Assembly (NCBI RefSeq): GCF_001194135.2
Contig: NC_068985.1
Coordinates: 12,297,844-12,361,843, forward strand
From: Octopus bimaculoides
Taxonomy: Eukaryota
DNA: 64,000 nucleotides
Reading direction: 5' to 3'
A program made the translations under genes and the position numbers. A model generated the notes under the pieces. That model did not search any database, was not told the origin of the DNA, and saw only the letters and a program-made list of their open reading frames with translations. Each line of letters begins with the position of its first letter. The stretch's first letter is position 1. Of this stretch, positions 39,766-53,651 are shown piece by piece.

Positions 39766-40062
39766 ATATATTTGGTGTTAATTTGCTTCAATTTTATTTT
39801 ATATTAATTGTATTTCGGCTAGCGTTCTTTCATCACACTTCTGTGACCTCATCAGTGGTGTTTTGCCTTCTTTCTTTTTTGTGTGTGTCTTTCCTTACAA
39901 ATAATTAGACAAAATGGCTGATCATTAGTAAGGAAAGACACACACAAAAACGAAAGAAGAAAGCAAAGGACCACTGGTGAGGGCGCAGAAGTGTAACAAA
40001 AGAACGCTGGCCGAAATCCAATAATATAAAACAAAGCTGAAGCAAATTAACACCAAATATAT
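39766..40062. repeat. ~297-bp imperfect palindrome with ~140-bp arms
   Basis: ATATATTTGGTGTTAATTTGCTTCA...CCTTACAAATAAT pairs with ATCATTAGTAAGG...TGAAGCAAATTAACACCAAATATAT; loop ~39908-39922. The left arm carries CTGATGA-GGTCAC-AGAAGT-GTGAT-GAAA on the minus strand (39828-39855). Confidence 0.85.
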
Positions 40063-40224
40063 AGTTCGTATGTTTCTATTGGCTTAACGGGCAACATGGC
40101 CCTCAACAAATGTAACAATATTTGTTTCAACACATGAATTCACATCAAGAATCTTGCAAAGCGAATACATAAACGTAACTTGTTATTTTCATTTTTTTAT
40201 CTTTTATTATCGCCATGTTCGTGG

Positions 40225-40595
40225 TTCCGTCTTTAGACTGCGACCATGCTGGGAGACAGCCTTGAAAATTTTAGTCTAACGAAGCGACCGTGTTTCTTAT
40301 ATATTAAACCTTGTAATTATTCAATTGGTCTTCTTCGCCAAACCGCTAAGGTACACTACGGATAACACACCAACACCTGTTGTCAAGCGGCGCTGGCAGA
40401 CAAGCACAGACACAAAGTTACACAAGCAGACTCATAAATGCACACACAGACACATATAAAGGTTTCTTTCAGCTTCCGTCTACCAAATCTGCTCACAAGA
40501 CTCTGAGCAACCCGAGGCTAAAGTGGAATATACATGGCGAAGGTAGCGCGCAGTGAGTCTGAACCCGGTGACATGCGACTGCCACACAGCTACAC
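40225..40595 (-). mobile_element. Diverged SINE family C copy
   Basis: TTTAGACTGCGACCATGCTGG...TTTCTTTCAGCTTCCGTCTACCAAATC...CTGAACCCGG...GCCACACAGC; no long internal microsatellite. Confidence 0.75.
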
Positions 40596-40733
40596 CTACG
40601 CTTGAATCTGATCGTAAATGTCCGTGTAACAAGAATTAATAGTGTTTATAATTATCTAATTAGCAAGTATTGCATAAACGATTATCAACCTTAAACTGCA
40701 AGGAACTTTGAAAAAATTATTATTCCTCCCAGC

Positions 40734-43500
40734 ATGAGGTGTTTCTGCTAATAATTCTCTGTAGCTCTGAAGAATTTTGCTTTTCTGAAGTGTTTCTTTT
40801 CGTACCTATAATACCCGTTGCATAACAGACACTACTTATCACACAGTACTCAACGTCAGTTTTAATTGGTCCGTGGTGTTCTAATTTATTTTCTTTTGAA
40901 TGTTTTCCTATGCGAATGCCATACGCAGTGAGTGTGTATACATTTTTAAAATTCATTATTCCAGATATACAGCTGGAGACATTAGATTTCTCTAATTTAT
41001 GAAATGCCTCAATATATAAATCAAGATCAACGAACATATAGGTGTCACGTTAGCTAAATCTCTCTGTGACAGCAAGCTTATCTGGAACGTGGAATTAAGC
41101 AACGCATGGTTACCGTTAGAATTTGTGCTACCGATCTTCAAATTTGAATCCGAAATTAGAAAATGTTATGAATATTTCGGGATAATTTTAGGGTTCTGAT
41201 TGGTTGATACTTATACAAGAGTAATTCGATTATCTATTGTCCATTGAGAAACGCAGCGTATGCAAATTAATTTCGCTTGGTGTGCGATAAAAATCAAAAC
41301 AGGCACTACAGAGGCATTAGCTTATGTTGTGTGTTAAATATATACGACCCCAAACGAATAATACAAAATCATACATCTGTACAAAAGAAACGCATCATAA
41401 GTATTCAAATACTATTAGAGTATCATTATCGATGTTACGTTAGGAATTATTTCAGCTACTTTTGCTATGTTAGAAGTATTATTTTATATGTGGTATTACA
41501 TTACCATCAAATCTCCCTAACACTCATAGTTCTGATTCTCTGGCTTAAAAATATACACAAATTTTCGTTGACACAAACTTTACAACGCAACTGTCTATGT
41601 ACGAACGTGAATGTATTTTTATTATGAGAGATCTCATCTTCCTATCAATAGATTTGAACAACGTAAATACAAAATACATTTGTATAAATATGAAGCAGTT
41701 TTTATTTTACTATTTTTAAATACAACCTTGCCCAGGTTATCTTCGTTCAAAAATAACCTAGTTAAACCCGTTTTTCGATATAACAACAATTTGAATAACA
41801 ATAATGTAAACGAAACTGGACTGGGTTTTAAAGCAAGAGTTCTATATTTCATTTGGCTTTTATCCTCAAAATTCATTAGGTACTTGTTTACTATTTCTTC
41901 TCCAAAACATTTTTTGTGAATCTGTAAATCAAAATCGGTCAGTTATTGTAAATATATAAAATATTTATATATCAAATTTAGAACAACTTTATAATTGTAT
42001 ACACTTTTAATTCGACTAATCCACAACTTCCTTTTCCTCATATCAAAAAACAACCAATATTTCTACGGTTTCTCATACGCTCATGATCTACATACTCAAT
42101 TAAATATCGTAGTGGGACACGGAAAAACATCTCCGACACAACACTGACTCTGATTTGTACAATTCACCATTACATACCTAGATGCGATATTCTATATAAA
42201 CACATCTACCATATACATATCTACTCTATTTTGAATACTTCACCGATATCAATTTTAGGTTCAATGCAGGCGACAGAAAATATTTCCTGACAGAAAAAGG
42301 GAGTGGCTTTTTCTTGGATCTTCTAATATTTCAGAAGCACTCCTTTCAATTTACGAAATATTACCTATTCTCTACCCTCTCAAAGCTCTCTACGAGTGGA
42401 TGCATTCTGGTTAGGAGAATTCAGAAATGATCCTATATGGCGTATCTCACCCAATATTTTTACTTGAATCCTCACCAGTTCCAGTGTTCAAAGTACCCAA
42501 TAAACTTAATAAAACACATGGCGTTTTTTAAAATGATATTTCTGTTTATGATAAAATGTGCTCTAATATCATCACAACTATCAAAGCTAGCTCCATTTAA
42601 GTTTTCGTCCGGATAACTATTGACGATACTGGCACTCTTGTTTGAACCAACCATACTGTTATCAGTCTATGACTGTATATTGTTTTTGTTCAGGGATGCG
42701 GCGTATTTTCATTTACACTATCTTGACAGACATTACCCACTTTATACTTCTACGTCGTATCTTATAGAAAGATTCTTGCTTCCAGCCCAATCCGTAACCA
42801 AGCATATTTCCTCATTAAAATCTTATTCCTAACTTGTCACTGTCAAAATTATGAAGAAAATTGAAGGTCGCTTACTTAGTTCAAAATTAATTGTAATTTG
42901 ACATTTTAGCGGCTCAGGGAGAACTCTTTTCCAGTGGCGTTATCTGGTTTTATATCAGATGAATTACTTTCGTGCCTGTTAACTACACTGCTAATTTGCA
43001 AGTCTGCAGGCTCTATTACTTAGATTGCATATATTTTAGGGACCCCAACTGGATGAATGTCAATGTTTACTTCGGGGATATTGAGAAACAAATACGAGGG
43101 GAATATTAGCAAAACAAGGTATTTTTTTCCTCTGTTCTAACGATTATACCACATAAAATCCTATAATAGCAACACTAATAATACCACGGCTTAAATGATA
43201 ATAATCACAGTATATTTGTATTAATTAGATAAAACATATTTTAATGGCAGTTAACGCCTATAACTAGCAGCGAATATGATCATTTATACGATTCCAGCTG
43301 CGATGGTTTTACAACGAAGGATGGAAGAGAAAGAAAAGGGTTGGATTTATGTGGAAATGCTTACGTGATGATAATACATTCAGGAATCAGATGCCGACAC
43401 CTGCTCAAAAATGTCAATTCCAAGCTGTTTACTACATAAGGGTGTGGTTTTTGCTTTATCTTTATATTTTCTTTTAATTTATTTTTCATTTATTTTTTTC
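40734..43500 (+). pseudogene. Decayed Toll-like receptor relic E (about 2.8 kb, apparently uninterrupted)
   Basis: ATG at 40734 then frameshifted VFLLIILCSS signal; IPDIQLETLDFSN (40958-40996), FRNDPIWRISPNIF (42420-42461), RKLKVAYLVQN (42855-42887); TM end IIATLIIPRLK* (43163-43198); TIR-like EYD (43272) and KGLDLC (43335-43352). Confidence 0.55.
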
Positions 43501-44469
43501 GAATAATTTCCCCCTTTGTGTACCAATAATATAAATTTAATTTTTGTTTCATGTAATAGATTTAGAAACCAATTTTCCACGGTTATGGCTTAAATTTATA
43601 TATACTAAGGCAGCAGAAGAAATAATTGTCTTCCAGTTATGTATACATACATATAAATATTGAGAGATTTAAAGAAAACACGCACATAAGAGGCCTAAAA
43701 TTTTCACACACACTCGTATACACATATACGTGCACACAACACTCAAAACACACTAATACCAAAGATTATACAAGCACCAATGCACACATTGACATAAAAA
43801 GAACACACCCAGGTTAATTCACACGGGGATTGAGGCAGACAAATTCTGCTCTCAATAGTAAATATACTAATACATAGAATGCAAAATACACGTATAAAAA
43901 AATTGTATATCCTTCACTTTAGGCATATTAGATACTGAACAAAAAGTTGCACACAAACTAACATGCGTATTGTCAGAATAATTATGCACATTCATAAAAT
44001 TATATTAAGTACATGGAAACTTAAAATTAGAATAATGTAAGTCAGCCTGAAAATCATGTTGGCTCCTTAAAATTGCATACAACATTTTACTCTTTTATTT
44101 TTCTGTAATTGGGCTACAGTCATGCTGGAACATTACATTCTAGTATTCGTTGAACTTAACCCTAATGCTAAATATAAATCATGTAACAGCCATTAAGTTA
44201 TGCTTTTATCTAAGTGATATATATTTCCGGCAGATACTTATAACGTAGAGTCGACTAGATCTAATGCAGAATTTGCAGTACTTAGATCATATTAGTATTT
44301 TTTTTTTCTTAAGCAGTTCATAGTATAAACAATTCCTCGTTTCAGAAGTGGACACCAGCCATTCGTTGGATCGTTTAGTACCGGGCCGCTTAGAATGAAT
44401 TTTGAAATTCATTATTAGCAATGTAAGCAGTATTTATTCAAATTACCCAATAAACTTGACAATATACAT

Positions 44470-44697
44470 GGCGTCCACTCAGTTGGCAAAAATGAGTAGT
44501 ACCTGTATTTTAAAGGGCCGGTATTGTCACGCTCTGTGTCACGCTGAGTCTCACTGAGTCTCCCTGAGAACTACGTTCGGAGTAGACTTCTCTGTAGATT
44601 GCTCAGTCACTTGCACGTTAATTTCATGAGCAGGCTGTTTCGTTGATCGGATCAGCTGGGACCCTCGTCGTCGTAACTGACGCAGTGCTACTTTTTT
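44470..44697 (+). mobile_element. SINE sharing the family B 3' part but with a different upstream segment
   Basis: From GTACCTGTATTT..AAAGGGCC to GGACCCTCGTCGTCGTAAC matches 50519-50700; upstream TGGCGTCCACTCAGTTGGCAAAAATGAGTA does not match the 50321 copy. Confidence 0.75.
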
Positions 44698-45651
44698 TTA
44701 ATATTTATTCAAAATAGCATGCTATATATCTTACTTAACCCGGATATCACGTAATAAAGCCACAACACTGCGTTACTCTTCAGAAAGCAACGCAGATAGA
44801 CGTACGCTGCTAAAAAAGCGCAGACGTATCAAGAGCATAGGAAAAGTGTCGGCAGCAGCCGTGTACTCGCCAAATACAATATGTCTACGTATTTGTGTTG
44901 CATCGCTAACGAGGATGATTTGCTTCTGCTTCTGATACGAGTTGCTATTACAAGGCGAATGCCGTAGTGTAATGGATTCTGACGTTATATAACGTTAAGT
45001 AACACAGAGAAAATAATATACTCTTAATTTCATCTCTCTCTGCACGGCATTGTTGTATTATGTATGTATGTATTATATATGTAGAGAGTGTTCAAATCCT
45101 AAAAATCTTCCAGTAATTACTGTTAGTCGAAATGCGTTAACAATCTAATCAATACAGGTTGAATTGGATTGAACTTGGCTTTCAGCTCCGACAGCTCAGT
45201 TTGTTCCTCAAATTATTGTTTCATTTAATTTTAGAGACAATTAGAAAGACATTTCATCTGTTAATTACCTAGTTAAACTCTGCTGATTAACGTTAATCTG
45301 TTCATTATTTTGCATATACGATGCTCTGCTGATATGTAAATTTGTTTTAGGTCACTTGCAATCGAATTTCACATTCGATTCTGTTACTAAGGATGTGTAA
45401 AATATTACACTAGTTGCCCAAATCTCAATAATTATATCTTATAATGAGAGATCAAATATGATTCACGGCTTAATACTACAACTACACAACATCAGCCTCT
45501 TTAACGAAGTAAATACTTTTTCAGTTTCTTTCGAAGAGAACCCATCGCCCATGCTACCAAATACTTTCTGTAAAATTCGACCTATATATACCCAGCTTTT
45601 GGTCCAATCAAATCTTAAAGACTATGTTTCCTCTCCTGCAAAACTGATACA

Positions 45652-45667
45652 AATAATAATAATAATG

Positions 45668-45737
<70 letters not shown>

Positions 45738-45750
45738 TGATGATGATGAT
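45652..45750. repeat. (AAT)n(GAT)n microsatellite
   Basis: Direct reading. Confidence 0.95.
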
Positions 45751-45945
45751 GTGGCATCTCAAGGCGCCTACCGTACGAGTGATTGTCGGATCTCTAGGAA
45801 TGATACAAAAAAGGTACTGAAATCTATTTGAAAATGACACCAGGCTTACCATCCCTACAGGAAGTTCCAGAAATCGTGTTAACTGGAACGACGCAAGTAC
45901 TGAGTAGAGCATTATCGCTGTGAAAACAACACCCATTCATGAATT
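45749..45945 (+). mobile_element. R4/Dong non-LTR retrotransposon extreme 3' end
   Basis: MWHLKAPTVRVIVGSLGMIQK/GTEIYLKMTPGLPSLQEVPEIVLTGTTQVLSRALSL*: RLE-LINE C-terminus, directly after (AAT)n. Confidence 0.8.
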
Positions 45946-46111
45946 TATTTAGTTATTTATTTATTTTTTGAAATACATATTTTACCTGTGAATTCGTGTG
46001 TGTAAACTGGGAATGCATACAATGAGTTTCTCTGCCCTAGGTGTACGGAAAACATTCGGCGAGAAATGGAAGAAAATTTGAAGAAAGGAGAAAAAAAACA
46101 ACAGCATAGTA

Positions 46112-46113
46112 AT

Positions 46114-46200
<87 letters not shown>

Positions 46201-46328
46201 AAGAAGAAGAAGACGAAGAAGAAGAAGAAGAAGAAGAAGAAGAAGAAGAAGAAGAAGAAGAAGAAGAAGAACAACAACAACAACAACAACAACAGCAGCA
46301 ACATTAACCACAAGAACAACAACAATAA
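46112..46328. repeat. Compound (AAT)n(GAA)n(CAA)n microsatellite
   Basis: Direct reading. Confidence 0.95.
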
Positions 46329-46329
46329 C

Positions 46330-46959
46330 TTACATGGGTGAATAGGGAAACAACTGCAGGATGGCCTGAATGGATGAGTAATAAAAGATCTGATGCGGGA
46401 CAACAATATTCCCTATGAAAGATAAAAGCAAGGGTAAAGCAGCTAGTAATTATAGACCAATCACTCGCTTACAATTTCTGTGGAACCTGTTAAAAGGAGT
46501 GCTCTCTGAAAGCATTTACGAGCCATATTGCTACCAGAAGGCTGCAAGAAGGCTAGAGGAACGCACGATTTATTATATAGAGGCAGAGCAGTTCTGAATG
46601 AAGAAAAATCAAGCAAGAAAAGTTTAACAATAGCATCGATAGATTATAAGAAAGCCTATGGAATGATCTCCCATACAGTGTATGTTTGAGTATATTCAGT
46701 ATTGCATAAAAGAAGAGAATTAACTGGCTTTAGCATGAGGAAATGGAAAGAAGATCCTACCCAGGTGACACAGCCTTAGGGAAAGTTAATATCAGGAGAG
46801 GAATTTTCCAGGAAAACATGTGATCCTCTTTAATATTTGTGTTATGTTTAATCCCCCTCAGTTTAGTATTAAGGGGGGCAAAGCAAGGTATCAGTTTAGA
46901 AATAGTAAACAAAATATTAACCATTTGTTCTACATGGATTATTAGAAGCTTCTTAGTAA

Positions 46960-46960
<1 letters not shown>
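46330..46960 (+). mobile_element. R4/Dong reverse-transcriptase fragment (degenerate)
   Basis: KDKSKGKAASNYRPITRLQFLWNLLKGVLSE, IDYKKAYGMISH, GKVNIRRGIFQ, LFVLCLIPLSLVL, INHLFYMD across frameshifts. Confidence 0.85.
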
Positions 46961-46989
<29 letters not shown>

Positions 46990-46990
<1 letters not shown>

Positions 46991-47685
46991 CCATGCTTAT
47001 TCCCCATTTTATTAGGAGGGGCTAACCACAGACACAAGGTATTCCATTCATTTCCCAGCTCAAAAGAGGCGAGACCCGTTGAATGCTCGAGTCAAGGCAT
47101 AGAACGCAACCCCCAATATCAGCAGTGGGGCCCGACAACTTATGCTGGTTTACCATCGCCGCATCATGCTGGTTCCGTACCCATTTGAGAAACATCAAAA
47201 TTCACTCATCCGTCCACAAACACTCACAAAGCTTTCCTATCATTTATAAACCCTCTTACCTCTCTCACTCCAACATCTTTAACCATCAGAGCTTTCTTCA
47301 TTCCATCCATCCACACAAACCGTGGTCTGCCTCTGGATCTGCTGCCTACCACTTTTGCTTTCATCAGCCTCCTTACCATCCGCTCCTTATCCATCCTCTC
47401 CATGTGGCCGAACTATTGCTTATCCATTTTCGTTGTTAGTCTTTCTCTCATTGCTGTTCACCTTTGCACCTCCTCATTCCTCATCCTGTCCATCCGTGTC
47501 ACACACACTATAGCCCTCAAAAAATCTCATCTCCGCTCCATATAACATTCTCTGCACAATCACACCCTCATACACACCTCTTTTCGCTCTCATGCACAAC
47601 CTTTTATCTCTCAGAATACCTTTCAAAACTCCGAGTATCTTAACCCCCTCCGTCACTCTATATCCCACCTCCTCAGCCAACCTGT
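46990..47685 (-). mobile_element. RTE-clade LINE 3' end with UTR and (TA)n tail
   Basis: KRGVYEGVIVQRMLYGAEMRF...FGHMERMDKERMVRRLMKAKVVGSRSRGRPRFVWMDGMKK, then a ~200-bp 3' UTR ending in (TA)n at 46963-46990. Confidence 0.85.
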
Positions 47686-47689
47686 GAGC

Positions 47690-48600
47690 CTTGGGTATGT
47701 GTTGTGGTTTGTTGTGATGCTCTTATTTTTGTTGTATTGAAAATGCTTTACATTGGATGTGTGCTCTGCCTAGTAGTGCTATTTCAAGTATGTTATATAA
47801 ACTTGTTGGTCCTGATGTTTTTGTTATATATTTGTCTGAATTTTTTTTCATTATACCCAAGGCGCCTACTATGATAGGAATTGTTTCTGTTTTTAGACTA
47901 CATTCGAATTACCTCTATTTCCAGGTTTTTGCATTCTGAAATTGTCTCCGTCTCTTTTAGAGAAATATTGTTATCTGTTGGTATTGATACACTGATTAGA
48001 ATGTATTCGTTTCTTGGTGATCTCTGACAACTATATCCGGCCTATTGATCTTAATTACTCTATTTGTGTATATGACATATCCCAGAGTCTGGCTGCTTTC
48101 TAATATGCTGTGACCATTTCTAGCGTATGCCTTTACCATCTTTTTCTGTTGTTATTCCATAGTGTTTGCATAACTTCTAATGTTTATAGATCCTAACTCT
48201 GTCGTGTCTGTGAATATATTCTTCCTTATGCATGATTGGGCAGCCAGAAACAATATGATTTATTCTTTCTTGTCCATCTCCACATATTCTGAAGTTACTT
48301 GTATTTCTTTTCATTACAGGTTTTTGATAATTTCTGGTAGGGAGGCTTTGGTCTTGAGCTGCAATTAAAGATCCTTCAATCTCTGCTTTGATTCCAGAGC
48401 TTTTCAGCCATTGTTAGGATTTTGCTTGGTTTATTTCTTTTCTGCTTAGTTTAAGCAGTATTTGCCATGAAAGGGTATTTCCTTGCCATTGTTTAGTCAT
48501 CATCCATTGCTGTTCCAGTTTTAGTTTGGATTTCAGTTACTTTGCAGCTTTCGTTGTTTATTCCTTTTCTTGGTGGCCGTTAGGTACTATAACATGTTTT
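47690..48600 (-). mobile_element. R4/Dong 3' fragment (CCHC knuckle plus restriction-like endonuclease)
   Basis: LIAAQDQSLPTRNYQK, RICG..ERINHIVSGCP, EYIHRHDRV, NRPDIVVRDH, NLEIEV, TIPIIVGALG across stops and frameshifts. Confidence 0.88.
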
Positions 48601-48611
48601 GTATTTGTCAG

Positions 48612-48780
<169 letters not shown>

Positions 48781-48789
48781 CGTTTTAAA

Positions 48790-49437
48790 TAAAATATGGT
48801 TCGTTGTCTTCTGCTGAACCGGGGTCATCCCTTGACCCTAGGGTCACAGTAGGTCCTCATCTCGGCGTAAAATGTATGCGGAACCTAGCAACACTATTTT
48901 TCTGAAGTTCTCCCACGTTAACACTGCAAGAGATTTTGTTGAGCTGCTTATCAAGGCCCTTTTTAATTAGCCCTAACGTTCCAATCACCATTGGTGCTAT
49001 GCTGCTTTTCATTCCCCACATCTTGGTCACTTCTATTTCTAGGCTTTTGTACTTAAATAATTTCTCAACTTCTTTAATGGACACATTTCTCTCTGATGGT
49101 ACTGTCACATCTATCATTAAGCATTTCTTATTCTTCCCGTATTTGATGATTATGTCCGGGCTGTTTGCTTTGATTTCTTTATCGATTGGTACTGCAAGAG
49201 TTTTAATGGCTTCTATCTTTTTTGCAGTCTTTGTTACTAACAGTACTCTACTATAGTACTCTTTTCTAATCTTCTCTTTCATTGCTGAATGTTTTATTCC
49301 GTTACTTTCGTCTATGCCAAGGTATTTATATGCTTCTTCCTGGTCCAGTGCTTGGATTCTTGCTTCTGTATCTACGTGGATATCCGCAGAACATGCCTGC
49401 TTGCTCCTTATGAAAGTGGCTTTCGCGCATTTCTCCA

Positions 49438-49440
<3 letters not shown>
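48790..49440 (-). mobile_element. Internally deleted R4/Dong element with a 193-codon open frame (48857-49438)
   Basis: KCAKATF...EEAYKYLGI...KIEAIKTLAVP (RT thumb region) joined in frame to IDKEIKANSPDIII...MIDVTVPSERNVSIKEVEKLFKYKSLEIEV (RLE); (AAT)n on both sides. Confidence 0.88.
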
Positions 49441-49495
<55 letters not shown>

Positions 49496-49598
49496 TTCGT
49501 AATGTGTACGAAAAGCGAAAAACTGTTTATAAATTAATAAAGGACTGAACCATTGCGTGTGTTTATTACCGGCATAGTGCCTCTCCCAAGGTTTTATT

Positions 49599-49641
<43 letters not shown>

Positions 49642-49815
49642 CATCATCATCATCATCATCACCTTTGATGTCATTATCATCATATCATCACCCACATTAT
49701 CATCATCATCATCATCATCATCACCATCATCACCCTCGTCATCATTATCATACTCCTTATCATCATCATCACCGTTACCATCATTACCAACACCATCAAC
49801 GTCATTATCATTATT
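49439..49815. repeat. (ATT)n and (ATT)n(ATC)n microsatellite blocks
   Basis: Blocks at 49439-49496 and ~49598-49815. Confidence 0.9.
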
Positions 49816-50320
49816 GTTACATTTATGTTTTTTATTGAAGTAGCTTCAGGGACATTGGCTATAAACAGTTTGAATTGAGTAAGAGATTTTTCACTTGAAT
49901 TGATTTCAAAACAGAAATCTTCGAAACGCATAAATTTTCCCCGAATTATGTTGGTAATACAATTTTGAGGATTTAGACGGAATTATTTTCGTCCTTTTTC
50001 GTTTATCTAAATTTCACTTTTTGTCTGGAGGAGCAGGAAGCGCCCACCTCCGAACAAGATATCAATGAAATAAAGTGTTGAATGTTTATCAAATAGACAC
50101 CTCAAAATCACAAGTAATAAGATAAACAATGACAAAAGGAGAAATTATTGCAGCTTTATCAAACGTAAATATGAATTTACAAGGCAGCGACAAAAGCAAT
50201 GTTATATACAAAAAGCATTTTGATTCTATTGGTCACAATGTGAAGTTTTAATTCGCTTAATACTAAGTTATTTGAAACGGCTTCTGGCTGCATGATACAA
50301 CCTTTGTAATTTAAATAGGG

Positions 50321-50712
50321 TGGAGGCGCAATGGCCCAGTGGTTAAGGCAGCAGACTCGCGGTCGTAGGATCGTGGTTTCGATTCCCAGACCGGGCGTTG
50401 TGAGTGTTTATTGAGCGAAAACACCTAAAGCTCTACGAGGCTTCGGCAGGGGATGGTGGCGAACCCTGCTGTACTCTTCTACTACAACTGTCTCTCACTC
50501 TTTCTTCCTGTTTCTGTTGTACCTGTATTTCAAAGGGCCAGCTTTGTCACACTCTGTGTCACGCTGAATCTCCCCCGAGAACTACGTTGAGTTTACGCGA
50601 GTCTGTGGAGTGCTCAGCCTCTTGCACGTTAATTTAACGAGCAGGCTGTTCCGTTGATCGGATCAACTGGAACCCTCGTCGTCGTAACCGACGGAGTGCC
50701 AACAATAACAAC
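50321..50712 (+). mobile_element. Full-length tRNA-derived SINE family B with 13-bp TSD
   Basis: A-box TGGCCCAGTGG, B-box GGTTTCGATTCC, (AAC)-type tail; identical AATTTAAATAGGG at 50308-50320 and 50713-50725. Confidence 0.92.
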
Positions 50713-51748
50713 AATTTAAATAGGGCTAAACTGAAAAGTTTGGCGATTTCCTAATATTGGATTCAAACATCAGGTTAAAAAGACTCTAAGCTTTTCCACA
50801 AAATTCGAATGACTGAAAACTATATAACAAAGAGGATTAAACTATTGCTTGATATCGTAGAAAGAAATACAGCAGTAATATGTCGCTAATATTCCTCACA
50901 TTCCTCTTTATGCGAAAACATGCAGCAAAGAAAATAACTTTTATTGGCAGACGTATATTTTGTTCGCAAATTCCTTGCAAAAGATCTGCTGGAGGAATCG
51001 TTAAGTGAACATTGAACTCATATATTCTCTCTTGATAAAATGAGAGTATTTGTGAAAGTGAAATTGTTCTTCACCACGGAGAACGACGGGAAAAGAACAT
51101 GATGAGTTGGTGTCTTATACCTACAAATACCCAGTTGTTCCGATGAGTAAACGCAAGTGGGTGTCTTTAGTGAAGGAAATTATTAGAATTAACTGATGCG
51201 TGCTCACAATGTACGGGCAGCAATTGAGAGTCATGATGTTCTATAAATCAGAGTCTCGTGGCTGTGATTCACGATGTTAGACTGAAAATATGATGTTTCA
51301 TTCTACTTTTTATATTCAAGAAAGAAGGCATATGCCTAGTGTTATACGTTAAACAGCTCAGCTACGTTACGCGTAACACTGAGGGGAAGACTAGGGGAAC
51401 AGAAGTCTGGACATACTGCTTGGCAGTTTCAAGACATGTCAGCATAGACCTGGCTGTGATTCCCAGACACACAATGAGGGAGAGAAATAAATTTATAAGG
51501 ATTTCGCCCGAGACCCTTGCAAATTACTACTTCAGTATCCCTTTGAATGTCTACATATATATGTAGCAAACATACGTACATAAATATACATGCACACACA
51601 CATAGATACCCACATTCATGTACGCGCAAACGCGAACACATCTGCATCTGTATAGGAATTTCTGGTTGTATGATTATGTGCTATTGTGAATGTATGTATA
51701 CACAAAATGCATATACACCGATGCACACATATGCATTCATACATACAC

Positions 51749-51817
<69 letters not shown>

Positions 51818-51829
51818 GCGTATTGCGTA

Positions 51830-52574
51830 CTGCTCCTTCATTGCCTGTTATAAATTTACCCTCAATTACACAAGAATAAACACGACCCTCATGCGTATAT
51901 ATGTGTATCCATTTTCCTTGTGCGTCTGCTTGTATGTTCGTTTATGTCTGTATGAATTTCATCAATGGCAAACATATATGCTTATTGAGCACGAAGAAGA
52001 AAAACGATGAAACATGTGTGTATCTGATTGTAGAAGTTTGTATGTATGTGTTTATACGTCTGTGTTTATTAGACTGTGCGTGAGAACGAGTGTCTAGGTG
52101 TAGGCGGGTGTTTTGAAATAAGATATTGCAAGGACGCTGTTTTGGTATGTGGGAAACAAAGAATATAATGTAAATGGTATATGAGGTAACAGTGAAGAAA
52201 CATAAACAACAAAAACAAATATAAAATGGGAGGAAACAGTAACGGGGACAAGCAGCCAAAACAGATGTACAAAGACAGCTAGCTAGCTAGAAAGGAAGTT
52301 ATTAGCAAGCACAAACGCATACACATAAACACACACAGTAAGCGCACACGCGTACGGATACACGCGAATACATGCACTCACACACACTCACACACACACA
52401 CTGACATCCACATATACATACACAAACACAGGCACAGACTAACACTCACGCACACATGCAAAACCACAAACTCACAAACACAGATTTTAACTTTGTCTAA
52501 CAGCCGAACTGTATATGTTCTCACTGTTGTATCTACATATATGTTTATATGTGTGTGCGTAGATATCTAAATAT

Positions 52575-52669
<95 letters not shown>

Positions 52670-53481
52670 TATACAAACACACATATATGCATAATGACAT
52701 ATATAAATATACATACATATATATACATATATAAATAAATACATACACACATATATACATGCATATGTATATGTATATATGTATGTATAGCTGCCTGTAT
52801 ATATGCATGTATGTATATATGCATGTATGTATATATGCATGTACGTGTTTATGGATGCATGTATGTATGTATGTATGTATTGATTAAAAAAGGATAATGC
52901 GTAGATATAGGAACAGTGCACAAACTTTATCTTGCTATTTAACTCATTGGGTATCTTGATAAACAGTTATAAAAATTCATAACTCAATGGGTAACATGAC
53001 TGAGGTACATCAGTTTTAAGATATGTTTGTGTGCAAACGTATGTGTGTATGCGCGCGAATGTTTGTGTACTACTGCATTATTTAATTAGAATATCACATC
53101 CCCAATTGTATCTTATCATTTCCATTTTTATGACTGCTTCAAATTTGACTATTTATCAAAGTAATTCGTGTATGTAGATTTGTTTGCATAATTCCCTGTA
53201 CATACATTTGTGTCTAACCATTTTTGTAGCATTTGCTTTCTTTTATCACAATGTCAAAGCATAGCAAAGTGGCTGTCTTACAGAGAATTGTGATACAAAT
53301 ATAGTAAACTTTTCAAAGCATATTGATAGAAATATGTCTTCCACAGCCACATATTACTAAATACTAGAGAAACATCTACGTGATGTATGTAATTAAGGGG
53401 TGAGTGGATGTATATATGTAAGCATGTATACATACACGTATGTGCAAATATATGCATACATGTGCATATATGTAGATGTAT

Positions 53482-53534
<53 letters not shown>

Positions 53535-53611
53535 GAGAGAGAGAGAGAAAAAGAGATTGACAGATTTATATATATATATAAATAGATAGATAGACAGGCA
53601 GACAGACAGAG

Positions 53612-53651
<40 letters not shown>

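Noticed and set aside
50321-50400. tRNA gene
   Set aside because: A and B boxes are present but run into a SINE body with tail and TSD; no complete cloverleaf.
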